Source of the DNA: Paraspadella gotoi
Taxonomy: Eukaryota > Animalia > Chaetognatha
Assembly: GCA_051294375.1 (NCBI GenBank)
Contig: CM119269.1
Location: 11,452,883 to 11,516,882, forward strand
DNA length: 64,000 nucleotides
Direction: 5' to 3'
Shown here: positions 35,073 through 48,481 of the stretch, one piece after another
How positions within the stretch are numbered: position 1 is the stretch's first letter
Layout of the letters: each line of letters starts with the position of its first letter
Made by a program: the position numbers and the translations under genes
Notes under the pieces: model-generated
Seen by the model: the letters and a program-made list of their open reading frames with translations, nothing else
What the model was told of the DNA's origin: nothing
Database searches by the model: none

Positions 35073-35263
35073 ACTGGCAGGGCTACGCCTACATGACCTT
35101 CTCTTGGCTCCTGGGCGTCTTTGTCTTTGCAATACTCATCGGCCAGATACGCGACGTGGCCCAATCTGCAGCAGTTGCTCGCAATCGATATTGGGCAAGG
35201 ATGGAAGCGACGCTCACCTGGATGCGCCATCAGGGAAAAGCAACGGAGAAATTGCAGAAAAAG
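35073..35263 (+). CDS. CNGB: CNG channel beta-type subunit, S6/C-linker exon
   Basis: YMTFSWLLGVFVFAILIGQIRDV...; the GQIRD motif is typical of CNGB. Confidence 0.93.
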
Positions 35264-35585
35264 GTGGGGAGTAAGTATTTGTCATAAAAGCGAGATTTTG
35301 ATAATTAACAAATTTCATTCCGTTTTATGAATGGGGGGTTGGTTGCCTCCAAGAAATCCTATGAAACTTGAAATATCAAAAAATATTAACAATTAATCGT
35401 AAAAAAAATTCTTAAAAGAAATCTACGAGGTACCTAAAAAGAAAGAAACGTATCTGTGTTTTTCTTTCTCGTAATTTTACTTACGTTAAGTTAAATAAGA
35501 AATACATATTTTGCCAGTGAAGAAAAGTATTGGATTCTGTGATTGTTGACATTTTCGAGAAGCAAAGCAAAATAAATTTTGACAG

Positions 35586-35790
35586 GTTCGCGTCTGGTAC
35601 ATCCACAACTGGCAAACGAACCGCGGGATCGACGAAGCAGCTCTGCAGCGGCTGCCGCGGAAGACGCGCACGGAGATCGCCATGGATGTTCATTTGGAGA
35701 CGCTGGAGAAAGTCAGCATCTTTGCTGACTGTGACAGACAGCTACTGTACGAACTGGTGTTGAAGCTGAAGCCCGTGCTGTTTTTGCCAG
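35586..35790 (+). CDS. CNGB: CNG channel beta-type subunit, C-linker/CNBD start exon
   Basis: VRVWYIHNW...LPRKTRTEIAMDVHLETLEKVSIFADCDRQLLYELVLKLKPVLFLP-G. Confidence 0.93.
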
Positions 35791-37818
35791 GTAAAAAAAA
35801 ATAGTGCTGTGTGAAAAGTTATATGTAAAACTAATGTAATCGGTACAACCAATATAAAAATAAGTTTGAGCCAAGAATGTCGGATCATAATTAAGCGGTA
35901 ATAAGCTAATCGGATGATAAATCACGGTAATATTTTCTGACTTTCAATTTGTGATCTTAACAGATCATAATAAATTGTATCATAACAAATAATAACATAC
36001 TTTTGAAAAATCTCTAAAAAAATCTATAAATAAATTGATCTATCAATCATTACCAGTAGCTGCGCCAATACAAACTTGCATAATTTAGTTAACTTGCATA
36101 ATTTGGTAATTTTGCATAATTTGGTCAACTTGCATAATTTGATAATTTGATCGTAATCTTATATGTGAAATTAATTTAAAGGATTTCTTTAATAAAATAA
36201 TGATTAAATCAATACTTGATTTGATTTTGAAATATATTTTTGATGTAGACTTTATATTTTTTATTAAACCTTTTATTTTTAATAAATTTCATTAATAATA
36301 TAATATTATATAATATAAAAATATAAAGATGATTATTAGTTTTTTGATAAAATACTTACTAAATTTTGTGAAGAATAAATATTAAAAGAATAATATTTAG
36401 CAGTACTTACTGAAAATAAAATCAAAATACTCAATATTAAACTTTAAAAACTAAAAGAAAATAAAAAAATGATTAAAATTTATAATTATATTTTCCATAA
36501 CTTTTTAGAATTTTTGAGCTCTTTCTGGTTTAAATTTGCGCCTTTATTACAAGAGAACTGTCAAATTTAGAATAAAACCATCAGTATTTTCAGAATCTGC
36601 TGAGTCTTTGCTTTTAGTAAATATCAAAAGTTGCTGACAAAAGTGATTGGAAAATAGCCCAATTACTACTTTTGTGCCATGAGTAAATTTTTTTCTCCAA
36701 GAAATTGTAAACTTTAATTGTTTTTAAAACAGATTCAAATCTAAAACAGTATTTCATAAAAAAAATAAAGTAAAAATTTTGAATCTACTTGGTCTTGCCT
36801 TTTATTAGATAGCTAGATTGCATATATTATTGATCAAGTAATATTTTGTGAAAATGTATCAAACATAATAAACTAAGGGGAAAAATATTATATTTAATTA
36901 GTATGGCATTAGTATAGATTTATAAATGGCCAAGATAAATAAGAAGTATATGTAAAAATTTATGATAGAAATAGTTAGGTAAACAAAACTTTTGTTCCTT
37001 CTGTTTAGATATTTTGACTCTTTGGTGGAGAATTTAGTGATGACCCTGAATGAGAGTGGTGTTGTTTGTAAGAAAGTAAATTAGGATCCGGTAGAAGGCT
37101 TGCTGCATGGTCTAGCTGATGCATCATTGGTTACGGGTACAGGTAACGATACCGACAAGTTATTGACGTTCGTACAGGGAATTTGAGGACTAGTATTTTC
37201 TAAATTTTGTAACGGACAATTTGTAACTAAGCGATTCGCACTTTCTATCCCTTGAAGGAACAAAGATACAGGGATGGCAATAGTACCAAAATGAAGCCAT
37301 AATCATTGGGCACATACAAGTTACAATATTAGAATTATTTTTGCTGGAACCTCTTTACAGGGTGAGTGTCAAACTAAGTCAAAATTATGATGAATTTTAA
37401 AACTAATGAAACCCCATAAAAATAAATGAAAATTAAATTATTTTTAGTGATTCTGAAAGAAAAAAGGCTAAATTGTACTCTAGTAAAACTAGTTTTTTGG
37501 ATAAAGAAAATGTAATTTTTATTTAACTTAAATATTTGCTTGACTGCTATTACAAGCATGCTTACAAAATTCTACAAAATATTATTCACCCCATCACGGC
37601 CTCGGTATTTATCTTTCTTTTCCACCAGCAAAAAGTAAACATTATTTTATGCTAGAGAACAGGGATGTTTACTGAAATGAGCCGGAAGACATTCAACTTC
37701 TTCACTTTACTGTCATTTTTCAATAATAAAATAGGCGAATTTTTTAATTATTTAACTCTCTCAGGCTTCACAAGACCTTATACTTTCATAATATCCCAAA
37801 GTTAATGTAATTCATTAT

Positions 37819-38159
37819 GGTGAAAGTTCGTCACCAAGTTGAGGCATGTCGCCTGATGTGTTTTGGGCGGAAAGTGCATCGCCAGGTTGAGGCATGTCGC
37901 CTGAAAGGTGTTGTGGTTTGTGTTCGGAAGTCGGGCTCACCAATGAAGAGAACGTAATTATTGTTATGAGTTAGTGACAGAACCGTTCAATATAAGCAGT
38001 CCCTGAGCTTCGGATCAGGCTGTAACACCGAGTTACAGGCGGGTTAACTGCCAGACGACCACCGGGCTAGAACCCCGGACCTTTGGGTTGGGAGGCGAAT
38101 GACTTGCCTCCGGCACCAATGGCCGCTGATGAACGGTTGGTGGATTTTAGTCCACCATA
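37819..38159 (-). mobile_element. Truncated inverted duplicate of mini-LTR element copy 2
   Basis: Reverse complement of 41651-~41990, with the same flank and the same internal deletion. Confidence 0.85.
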
Positions 38160-41100
38160 ATACGAACCAATCAACTGAGTCAGGCAATAATGAAACCGTA
38201 TAACTGTTTGAGGAGCTCTAACAGAGTGACTTGATACAGCTCGGGGTCGTGCGCGGGATTCCAATAACGTTGCCCTTTTATCTGATTTCCAAACATCTCG
38301 ATGAGAAACGTCCTCTACCGTTCTGAGCATTCCAATGATTTCCGCGCATCGATTCGAAAGCGGCGGGTGAAAATATTTCCTGATGTTTTTTGACTAAATC
38401 CCAGAGGTCAAACGATGTAAGTCGTTTGTGATAATTACTTAATAATAATTAATTACTAAATATTCTCCGCTTCTTTTCCTAGATTTGAACAGAACCAAAA
38501 CTACTACTTAGAAAGCCGCTATAGAAAAATAAGCCAGAGACCGGTGGTAAGTCGTTTTTTTTATCATCGCAATCGCTTTTCGTTGGTGTTCCAAATTAAG
38601 ATCGCCGTTTTTATGATTAAATTTGGGTGTATGAAGCTGAAAATTTATATACAGCTTCTTATCATTGATGTGCTTAAAATTGAGTCAGGACAGTTATTAA
38701 AATATGTTTTGTTTACGTTTTATCAAAACAAACAAATTTTCTCTCTTTTATTTTTAGATTCTTTCTCTCTCTCTTTCTCTTTTAATAGGAAGCCGCTATA
38801 GAAAAAGAAGCCAGTGACTTTTTTCTTATATTTTTATATCATAGATGTGACATGACGGGAATATTGTAAATCTCAAGTTTCGCTTTAATCGGACTCACAT
38901 TGTGGAGAAATCTTAGGAAACCATCAAAATTCCACCCCTTTTTTTCAACATTCTCGCCTTTTAAGATTTTCGCCGATTCTGACTTCCTTTACAAAACTTA
39001 TAATTCCGCTAGTTAATTTTTTTTCTTAAACGAGTGAAGGGATTATTTTATGATTTCTGGGTAAAAAAATATAATAAATTACATTAACATTGGGATATTA
39101 TGAAAGTATAATATCTTATGAAGTCTGTGAGAGTTAAATAATTAAAAAATTCGCTCATTTTATTATTGAAAAATAACATCAAAGTGAAGAAGTTGAATGG
39201 CTTCCGGCTCCTTTCAGTAAACATCCCTGTTCTCTTCAATAAGATAATGTTTACTTTTTGCTGGTGGAAAGAAGGATAAATACTTAGGCTGTGATGGGGT
39301 AAATAATATTTTGTAGAATTTTGTAAGCATGCTTGTAAAATCAGACAAGCAAATATTAAGTGATAAAAAATTCATATTTTCTTTATCCAAAAACTTTAAA
39401 GTTTTACTAGAGTACAATTTAGCCTTTTTTCTTTCAGAATCATAAAAAGAATTTAATTTTCATTTATTCTTATGGGGTTCATTAGTTTTAAAATTCATTA
39501 TAATTTTGACTTAGTTTGACACTCACTCTGTAAAGAGGTTTCAGCATAAATAATTCTAAAACTGTATCTTGTATGTGCCCTATGATAATGGCTTCATTTT
39601 GGTACTATTGCCATCCCTTTATCTTTATTCCTTCAAAAGATATTAGGAAAAATCAGTTTTTTTCTCAACCTTCCTTTTAATTTCTTTTTAAATAAAAATT
39701 TCGCGATTCAAACCGGACTATTTCATTTAAACCTGATCAAATAAAAAAAAATAGGACAAGCTCTTCAGACACAAATCTATCAGAATCGCGAAATTCGAAG
39801 TCGCTCATGTAACAGGAACATATAGCATTCCCTTTTGCATTTTAGTTTGTAAACTTTCCCTTTCATTTCTATAGTAAAAATGAGGTTTGAAAATTCTCTG
39901 AAGATGAGGAGTTCATTTTCCCTGGCTTGTTTGATATCAAATCCTTCATCAAATGTGATAAAACGAATAGGACAAGCTCTTCAGATGTAACGCTATCGGA
40001 ATCCTGCGTTTTTATAACTGATTTCTACCCGAATTTCTAGCAATCGCGTTTGCAATTTGGGTAGTCAGATTCGAACGGAACTCTCTATTAAAAAATGTTG
40101 AATCTTTTTTAAATCGAGAATTCTCGTCTATACTGTAGAACAAATTCTTAAACTCGATCCCAAACCTTTTTTCATAATGTTTTTATATTTTTGGATAGAG
40201 AATGACTGGAATAATGTAAATCTTAAGTTACGTCTAAATCGACCAAAAAACAACCAAAATTCGTCTCCCTTTTTTCAACATTTTCCCCTTTTAAGATTTT
40301 CGCCGATTCTGACTTCTCTTACAAACTTTAATTCCTCTAGTTAATTTTTTTTCCTTAAACGAACAAAAGGAATCCATAACTTTCTATTATTTATAATTTC
40401 TGGGTAAAAAATNNNNNNNNNNNNNNNNNNNNNNNNNTAGAAATGAAAGGGAAAGTTTACAAACTTAAAATTGCAAAAGGGAATGCTATATGTTCCTGTT
40501 ACATGAGCGACTTCGAATTTCGCGATTCTGATAGATTTGTGTCTGAAGAGCTTGTCCTATTTTTTTTTATTTGATCAGGTTTAAATGAAATAGTCCGGTT
40601 TGAATCGCGAAATTTTTATTTAAAAAGAAATTAAAAGGAAGGTTGAGAAAAAAACTGATTTTTCCTAATATCTTTTGAAGGAATAAAGATAAAGGGATGG
40701 CAATAGTACCAAAATGAAGCCATTATCATAGGGCACATACAAGATACAGTTTTAGAATTATTTATGCTGAAACCTCTTTACAGAGTGAGTGTCAAACTAA
40801 GTCANNNNNNNNNNNNNNNNNNNNNNNNNNNNNNNNNNNNNNNNNNNNNNNNNNNNNNNNNNNNNNNNNNNNNNNNNNNNNNNNNNNNNNNNNNNNNNNN
40901 NNNNNNTGTGAGGTCCGATTAAAGCGAAACTTGAGATTTACAATATTCCCGTCATGTCACATCTATGATATAAAAATATAAGAAAAAAGTCACTGGCTTC
41001 TTTTTCTATAGCGGCTTCCTATTAAAAGAGAAAAGAGAGAGAGAAAGAAATCTAAAAATAAAGAGAGAAAATTTGTTTGTTTTGATAAAACGTAAACAAA

Positions 41101-41990
41101 ACATATTTAATAACTGTCCTGACTCAATTTTAAGCACATCAATGATAAGAAGCTGTATATAAATTTTCAGCTTCATACACCCAAATTTAATCATAAAAAC
41201 GGCGATCTATAATTTGGAACACCAACGACAAAGCGATTGCGATGATAAAAAAAACGACTTACCACCGGTCTCTGGCTTATTTTTCTATAGCGGCTTTCTA
41301 AGTAGTAGTTTTGGTTCGTTCAAATCTAGGAAAAGAAGCGGGAGAATATTTAGTAATTAATTATTATTAAGTAATTATCACAAACGACTTACATCGTTTG
41401 ACCTCTGGGATTTAGTCAAAAACATCAGGAAATATTTTTCACCCGCCGCTTTCGAATCGTGCGCGGGAAATCATTGGAATGCTCAGAAACGGTAGAGGAC
41501 GTTTCTCATCGAGATGTTTGGAAATCAGATAAAAGGGCAACGTTATTGGAATCCCGCGCACGACCCCGAGCTGTATCAAGTCACTCTGTTAGAGCTCCTC
41601 AAACAGTTATACGGTTTCATTATTGCCTGACTCAGTTGATTGGTTCGTATTATGGTGGACTAAAATCCACCAACCGTTCATCAGCGGCCATTGGTGCCGG
41701 AGGCAAGTCATTCGCCTCCCAACCCAAAGGTCCGGGGTTCTAGCCCGGTGGTCGTCTGGCAGTTAACCCGCCTGTAACTCGGTGTTACAGCCTGATCCGA
41801 AGCTCAGGGACTGCTTATATTGAACGGTTCTGTCACTAACTCATAAACAATAATTACTGTCTCTTCATTGGTGAGCCCGACTTCCGAACACAACACCAAC
41901 AACACTTTCAGGCGACATGCCTCAACCTGGCGATGCACTTTCCGCCCAAAACACATCAGGCGACATGCCTCAACTTGGTGACGAACTTTC
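37820..41990. repeat. ~4.2-kb imperfect palindrome (arms ~37820-39875 and ~40438-41990)
   Basis: Near-identical inverted arms interrupted by N gaps. A further direct copy of ~38540-40130 lies at ~48300-50068. Confidence 0.8.
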
Positions 41991-42089
41991 CACCAACAAC
42001 AACAATTCATGAAGAGACGCAACAGACTTCTCCTACGGCTACGGGAGGGGGGGATGTATGGTGGACTAAAATCCACCAACCGTTCATCA

Positions 42090-42162
42090 GCGGCCATTGG
42101 TGCCGGGAGGCAAGTCATTCGCCTCCCAACCCAAAGGTCCGGGGTTCTAGCCCGGTGGTCGT
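42090..42162 (+). ncRNA. tRNA-like Pol III head in the 3' LTR
   Basis: 7-bp GCGGCCA/TGGTCGT stem, CCGGG/CCCGG T-arm-like stem, B-box GGTTCTAGCCC. Confidence 0.7.
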
Positions 42163-42165
42163 CTG

Positions 42166-42240
42166 GCAGTTAAGAGGGACGGGGCGCTTAACCCGCCTGT
42201 AACTCGGTGTTACAGCCTGATCCGAAGCCTCAGGGACTGC
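42166..42240 (+). ncRNA. Circularly permuted (P5-type) twister-like ribozyme
   Basis: GCAGTT(P5)-aa-GAGG-GA-CGGG(T1')-GCGC-TTAA-CCC-GC(T2)-c-TGTAAC/GTTACA(P3)-g-CCTGA-TCCG(T1)-AA-GC(T2')-c-TCAGG(P4)-GACTGC(P5'). Confidence 0.7.
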
Positions 42241-42407
42241 TTATATTGAACGGTTTCTGTCACTAACTCATAACAATAATTACTGTCTCTTCAGTATCTT
42301 GCTTTGGTACGGGTACAAAATTAATCATCATTAATTTGACTTGTTTTATTTTCTTTGCCGTATGGTTGGGAGTGACGAAAATGAAAATTTTAAGAGAGGG
42401 GTAGTTA

Positions 42408-42600
42408 GTGGATCCTGGAGCTGTGGGATTCCTTAAAGAAAAAACATTAGGAAAACAAAACAAAAGAAATGTTGATTGTTATTCAAGTAAATTGAAAATT
42501 TAATTTTTCTATGATTCATACTTGAATAACAAGCAACATTTCTTTTGTTTTGTTTTCCTAATGTTTTTTCTTTAAGGAATCCCACAGCTCCAGGATCCAC
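42408..42600. repeat. Near-perfect hairpin/MITE-like inverted repeat
   Basis: ~87-bp arms starting GTGGATCCTGGAGCTGTGGGATTCC with a ~25-nt spacer. Confidence 0.85.
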
Positions 42601-43281
42601 ACTCGCTCGCAAAATGACAGACTGGAACCTCGCCGCTAGATAGCGGGCTACAAGCTCACAAAAGTGTGGGCCATAGGCACTTAAATGGCGCCACAAGCTC
42701 ACCAAATGGTGGACCACAGGTTTTTGTAAAAAAGGTATAAACCCTGCGCAGTAGGCCGGATCGATTTCCGAGTTAGGCCTTGCCTGTCTGTGATTCCTGT
42801 ACTTTCCATGTACTTAAATGTAAAGCGCACTATTGAATATTTACGTTTTAAAATTTAACCGCACTATAATATGCAAGGGAGATTAAAGGACAAATGATTT
42901 CTCAATATAAATCGAAATATTGGCAGATGAATTAAAATCTCAACAGTAATATTTATTTGTACATACAGTTAGTCACTCTTAAAATTTATATTTTTTTAGA
43001 AAAGATATAAATAAACAAATATTCTAATTATAATAATTAATGTGATTAGTATCAAAAAAAATTATTAAAGGATTTAAAGTATTAACCTTCACGTCATTCA
43101 GGAAAAAATTATTGTTATTAAAATTTTAGCACAGATCTGGGAAGATTCAAATATAAAACTAAAAAAATAATAAAAGAAAATAGTAAAGAAACGGAAAATG
43201 TTTTATTAGACTTGAGACATGATTTTAGGCGACATTCAAGAGTGTTCAATACAAAAGTCTCACACCTTTTTTTAATAGAAC

Positions 43282-43866
43282 AGGTTTGAGCAAACAATGT
43301 CGGATCTGCCCATGATCATTATCGGTAATTAATTAATTATTAATTAATTCAAGTTAATTAATTCATTAATTAGGAAATTAATTAATTAATTTGATTCAAA
43401 ATGTTTGTTTTAATTGATTAATTGATTGATTAATTAATTAATGATTAATTGACCAATTAATTAATTAACTGATTAATTATTTGATTAATTAATACATCTT
43501 GCATTTACATTTAATATAAAAAGAAAAAAGAAGCATAATCAATTAGTGATACAGGTTTTTTTTCATTTAAACTCATTTCCACATACATACATACATACAT
43601 ACCCACATACAAAATTTCAGGTCAATCTCCCCTTCCACTAATGAGTAATTGGCGTTCAAATAGTGAAATATATTTTTTGTTTTTTTCCATTTAAACTCAT
43701 TTCCACTCGGACGATTCCATCGAAACTTCATATCCATCTCACAAAATTTCATTCCAATTCATCCATCCAATCACGAGTAATTGGACTTTTTTTACTAAGG
43801 TGGCATCATTTCTGACATGATATATGTGGTTGCCCGACAATATTGAGGGGCGGACCGACAAAGTGA
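43282..43866 (-). mobile_element. Partial Helentron/DINE-like element
   Basis: GTTTGAGCAAACAATGTCGGATCTGCC end motif; body similar to 24569-25991. Confidence 0.6.
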
Positions 43867-44829
43867 CCTTAAAATTCGAACAATATATCGTTGGAGACTT
43901 CATATTTGCCGCGTCGCGAGTTACAGGAGAGAAAGAGAGAGAGAGAGAAAGAGAGAGAGATCCTGGTAAAAATCTTTAGCATAGAGAGCGCTAATTTGAT
44001 CAGGAGACCTATGTGGAGATTTTTGAGGAAACGGATCGGTAGAGCAATCGTTAGAAGGGTCGAGAGAAGAATCGGGAGAAGAATCGGGAGAAGGATCGGG
44101 AGAAGGATCGGGAAAAGGATCGGTTTGTGTTTCAGCATCATAAAATATCCTTAATGTTTGGGTTGATGCATCTTGCAATAGTTTAGATTGGTTTTGTTAT
44201 AATATTTGTAGTATTTTTGGTGTTTCCATGTCCATTTGTTCCTTTATCTTCCACAATAGTTATGGTTTTTACTAAAAAAATGGTATTGTACAAAGATATG
44301 CCTCGTAAAAACTTCGCAACACGTCTCGTGGCTTCGCTGTTTACAACAATTTTTTTTTCTCTCTCTTAAAAAAATCTCGTCAATCGACCTTTAAAAAAAT
44401 GAATTCCGATTTGAGAGTGATTTCGCTCATTGTTTCCTCCGTAGCTTTAGCGATTTCTCCTCTTTATGATCGAATTGGTCAACGAGAAGATAATCTCCAT
44501 CGATCGAGAAATCTCGCATCCTCGTCCTATTCATTCTCCAGCTCAGATCGACGATGTTTCATCGCCCTTCGCGTCTTCTCTAACGAAAAAAAACAAAATC
44601 TCCGAGGAGAAGAAAGGTTGCCTTCGCGACGCCGCTTATTACATCAATGTCGCCGTCTTCTTCGCCGACATCTTCATTGTCTCCTTCGTCTCCATCACCA
44701 TCTCCACCACCATCTGCAGCACCGTCTCTTGCATCAATTCCAGTACCGAATCCATCGTCTGCCACGCCAACTCTCCATCATCTGCCGCACCAACTTCATT
44801 GNNNNNNNNNNNNNNNNNNNNNNNNNTAG

Positions 44830-46720
44830 AGGAGTTTAAGGCCTCTCATTCAAACTAGTTGATTAATAATTTTTTTCCAATCAGTTTCTCATCAAGAACC
44901 ATGCCACGCAGTTTAAATTCTTTGTTTATTACTACTATTCATTCATTTCCAAGAAGAGTTGCATATTTTTCATTTCTGATGCCTGGGCACCTACTGAAGT
45001 ATGGTTGCTACAGATTTTGCCTGGGGATAACTGAAGCTGCCAGGTTTCACACCATTGGACAATTTCGTTGAGTACTGGTTGGAGCTTAGTTTTTGCATCG
45101 TTTAAACATTCTACCTTGAGCATATGGAAGTGTTTAGTCAGCATACTTGGCCCCTTAGTGATGTCTCCGTGTTCTTGTGGGAGAGTCCTCTACATTAAAT
45201 TGTGAAAAAGTTTGGGCTGAGAATTCCACCTTGTGGTGCTCCTTTTTGTAGAATGACCTTTTTTTGACCTGACATCTCCTTCAATTACATGTCATTTCTC
45301 TATCTTTTAAGTAAGAGTGAATAATTCTTAAAAGACTTCAAAAATCCCAGCCTTAGACATTTTATAAATTTAGACCGTCACTCCACATGGAGTTGAGAAG
45401 CAACAGAAAAATCTAAAGCAACGGCTACTGTACACATTCTTTTTCCTAAATCCAGAATTTATGTCTTCAACAAGTCTAGAGACGTTTTCTTGAGCCGACT
45501 CCACTTTTTATATATGCATGACTGAAGTGGACTCATGGCATTAAGTTTTTTTATCTCTTCAACAAGGGTTCCTTAATTACTCTCTCTAGTAATTTTCCAG
45601 GAACAGAAATTAGGCGTGATTAGGACGGTAAGCCTGGCCTCTGTTGGGTTTTTTCCCGGCTTTTGAAAGCATTCTGAGGTTGGAGTGCTTCCATGCTTTT
45701 GGGAAACTCTGTGAGTAAACACTCTTTCATTATTTCAACGAGCAGTATAATGCCCACCAGGGGAAGACTTTTTCAGCATCATTGGCGTTACTTTATCTTT
45801 TCTCAGGTTGCTGATTGATCTTTTTAGATTTTTATGTTTTCTATTATGCATTCGACGTTGCAGGTCTTCGGCATTTTGACGGCTGGTAACCGCATGTTAT
45901 TGGCTCAAGAATATGCCTATTTTGATTTTAAAGTGGTAAGGTTTATCAAAGATCCATTTATTCTTTCGTTGCTTTTGGTAAACTCATAACTTGACGCATT
46001 TTTTCTGCAAAGAGATCTAGTTTTTCAAGTTTATTCTGTGTGAATGTGCCATCGTCTTTTTTTTAACATGCAGTCAGCTTTTGAATTTTCACATTTTATA
46101 GCCTATAATTCTGTTGATTAATTCCATTTCTTTCCACTGTCTTTTCTGTTTCAATCTGTTCACAAATGCGCTTTATTTGTGATAACATTGGTCATGATGG
46201 AGATTTTCTTTTCACTTCCCTTGACACAAAGTTAAATTCTTTTCTCCATTGGGCCTTCTTCAGTGACAGTCATGTTATTAAAATGATCTTTGTTTCTTTT
46301 TGTTTAGCCATTTCTCTTTTTATTTTTATCAGATTAAGAGTATCCTTTGACAGCCTATAGCCTTCCAGTGTTGATTTTACCACGTATACTCAGATTAGCT
46401 TTTGCCTCTTGTACAATTTTCGTCCAGGATCCACTTTTTCGTCTGTAGTTTTTGTCTCCACCACTTTCATTTTGATTTACATTTTCGAACCATCGTTACA
46501 CTTGAGTCTGAAATTCTCATAATCAATTCTTTTTCGGGCGTCTTGTATGGAATAAAATATAAAGATTCTTCATGTTTACTTTTGTGATGCTTGGAAGATG
46601 GTCGCTTCCAACATCGTCAAGGTCTTCATAAGTTTGGATTTTGGCTGAAGTTTCTAGGTTGCAGAAAACGTAATCTAATAGGTTCCATTTTGTATGGTTG
46701 TTCAACTTTGTGTGTCAACA
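44830..46720 (-). pseudogene. Decayed non-LTR retrotransposon (APE endonuclease plus RT)
   Basis: - strand remnants: LDYVF...GSDHLP (APE C-terminus), YRPI, GAPQGGILSP, YAD and LNEIVQWCETWQLQLSPGK. Many stops and frameshifts. Confidence 0.8.
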
Positions 46721-48348
46721 TACTCGTGATAGTAACATGTACAATGTTCCAAATCCTGCGCAGTAGGGCGGATCATATGGCATATATAATTTTCCAAAAA
46801 TTGTTTGCCTGGTCGGTTGATTCCTTTACCTTAATGTAGTTTTATTGATATCACCAGTAATAATTTCCAAAAAAAAATTATTCAGCGGATCCACTGCAGA
46901 TTACAATTTGATAAAAAAAAAAACCCATCAAGTGCGATCTCGTGAATTGCGCTGGAAATTGGTCATGTGACCACTCGAATTTTAGTTCTCCTGATTTTAT
47001 TTTTACTTAATAAACAAGTTGTTTTTCAGTTAAGCAATGAAAATTTATATATTTAAGCAATTACATTAAGGATTTATAACAATATTAAAGAAAATAAAGC
47101 GAGAAAAAAACACATAATTAAAGCCCCTGACCGGGACTTATTTCTCTTTCTTATTTTCTCCCTCTCTCTACTCTCTCTTTATCTCTCTTCTTCTCCTCTC
47201 TCTCTGATTCACAAGCGGGCCGAGCACTTAGTGAATTTAAGCTGTGAAGTATAAACTCAACCGGTGTAATAATGACACTCCTACTTAATAAGCAAATTCA
47301 AGTGTCGGAATNNNNNNNNNNNNNNNNNNNNNNNNNACAGCTAAATTCACTAAGTGCTCGCCCGCTTGTGAATCAGAGAGAGAGAGAGAAAGAAAGAGAG
47401 ATAAAGAGAGAGAGAGAGAGGGAGAAAATAAGAAAGAGAAATAAGTCCGGTCAGGGGCTTTAATTATTTCTTTTTCTCGCTTATNNNNNNNNNNNNNNNN
47501 NNNNNNNNNNNNNNNNNNNNNNNNNNNNNNNNNNNNNNNNNNNNNNNNNNNNNNNNNNNNNNNNNNNNNNNNNNNNNNNNNNNNNNNNNNNNNNNNNNNN
47601 NNNNNNNNNNNNNNNNNNNNNNNNNNNNNNNNNNNNNNNNNNNNNNNNNNNNNNNNNNNNNNNNNNNNNNNNNNNNNNNNNNNNNNNNNNNNNNNTTGCT
47701 TAACTGAAAAACAACTTTTTATTAAGTAAAAATAATATCAAGACTAAAATTCGATGGTCACATGACCAATTCCCACCAATCACAGATCGCACTTGATGGT
47801 TTTTAAATCAAATGTAAAATCTGCAGTGGATCCTGAATATTTTTTTGGAAATTATTACTGTGATATCAAATAAAACTACATTAGGTAAAGGAATCACCGA
47901 CAGGCAACATATTTTGGAAAATTATATATGCATATGATCCGCCCTACTGCGCAGGATTTGAACATTGTACATGTTACTATCACGAGTATGTTGACACACA
48001 CAAGTTGCAACAACCAACACAGTTCAATTATAGAACTGTCACCTTGTTTGAAACTCACGAATTACAATTCATCTCTCCATTAATACAAAATGGAAAGGCT
48101 GGATACGGGATCCAGCTATGGTATCACGTATAAATGAAATATTGTTACTGATATTTTCATTTAACTATAGCACAAAATTCGTCTCTCTTAAGATATTACT
48201 GTGTCCGGTCAATCTAAGGTCATTGCCAAAGCTTGGGTAAAGTGACCGTGTGGATTGACCGGCTCGGAGAAAGAGGAGAGAGTAAGGGTTTAGAGAGAGA
48301 GACCGGTGGTAAGTCGTTTTTTTATCATCGCAATCGCTTTGCGTTTGT

Positions 48349-48481
48349 GACGATATTGCTGTGGTTTTGCACATAACTTATGTGCAAAACCACAGCAATA
48401 TCGTCGGAACACCAACGACGACGACAACGACGACGCCACTTATGTCATAAGTGGCGTCGTTGTCGTCGTCGTCGGCGTTCC
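48349..48481. repeat. Two adjacent palindromes
   Basis: 48349-48405 has perfect 28-bp arms; 48406-48481 is imperfect. Both are centred next to CATAA. Confidence 0.85.

Larger units (their letters stand above)
41651..42293 (+). mobile_element. Miniature non-coding LTR element (TRIM/retrozyme-like), copy 2
   Basis: LTRs at 41651-41867 and 42057-42293, PBS TGGTGAGCCCGAC at 41869, PPT GGGAGGGGGGGA, and a 4-bp TSD GTAT. Confidence 0.92.

Noticed and set aside
43869-44800. Low-complexity acidic or Pro-Asp-Ser ORFs
   Set aside because: Driven by 12-bp and triplet repeats, interrupted by stops and a gap; no product can be assigned.
46700-48012. Inverted duplication centred on N gaps
   Set aside because: The arms abut gaps and the right arm differs mainly by single-base deletions, consistent with a gap-filling artefact.
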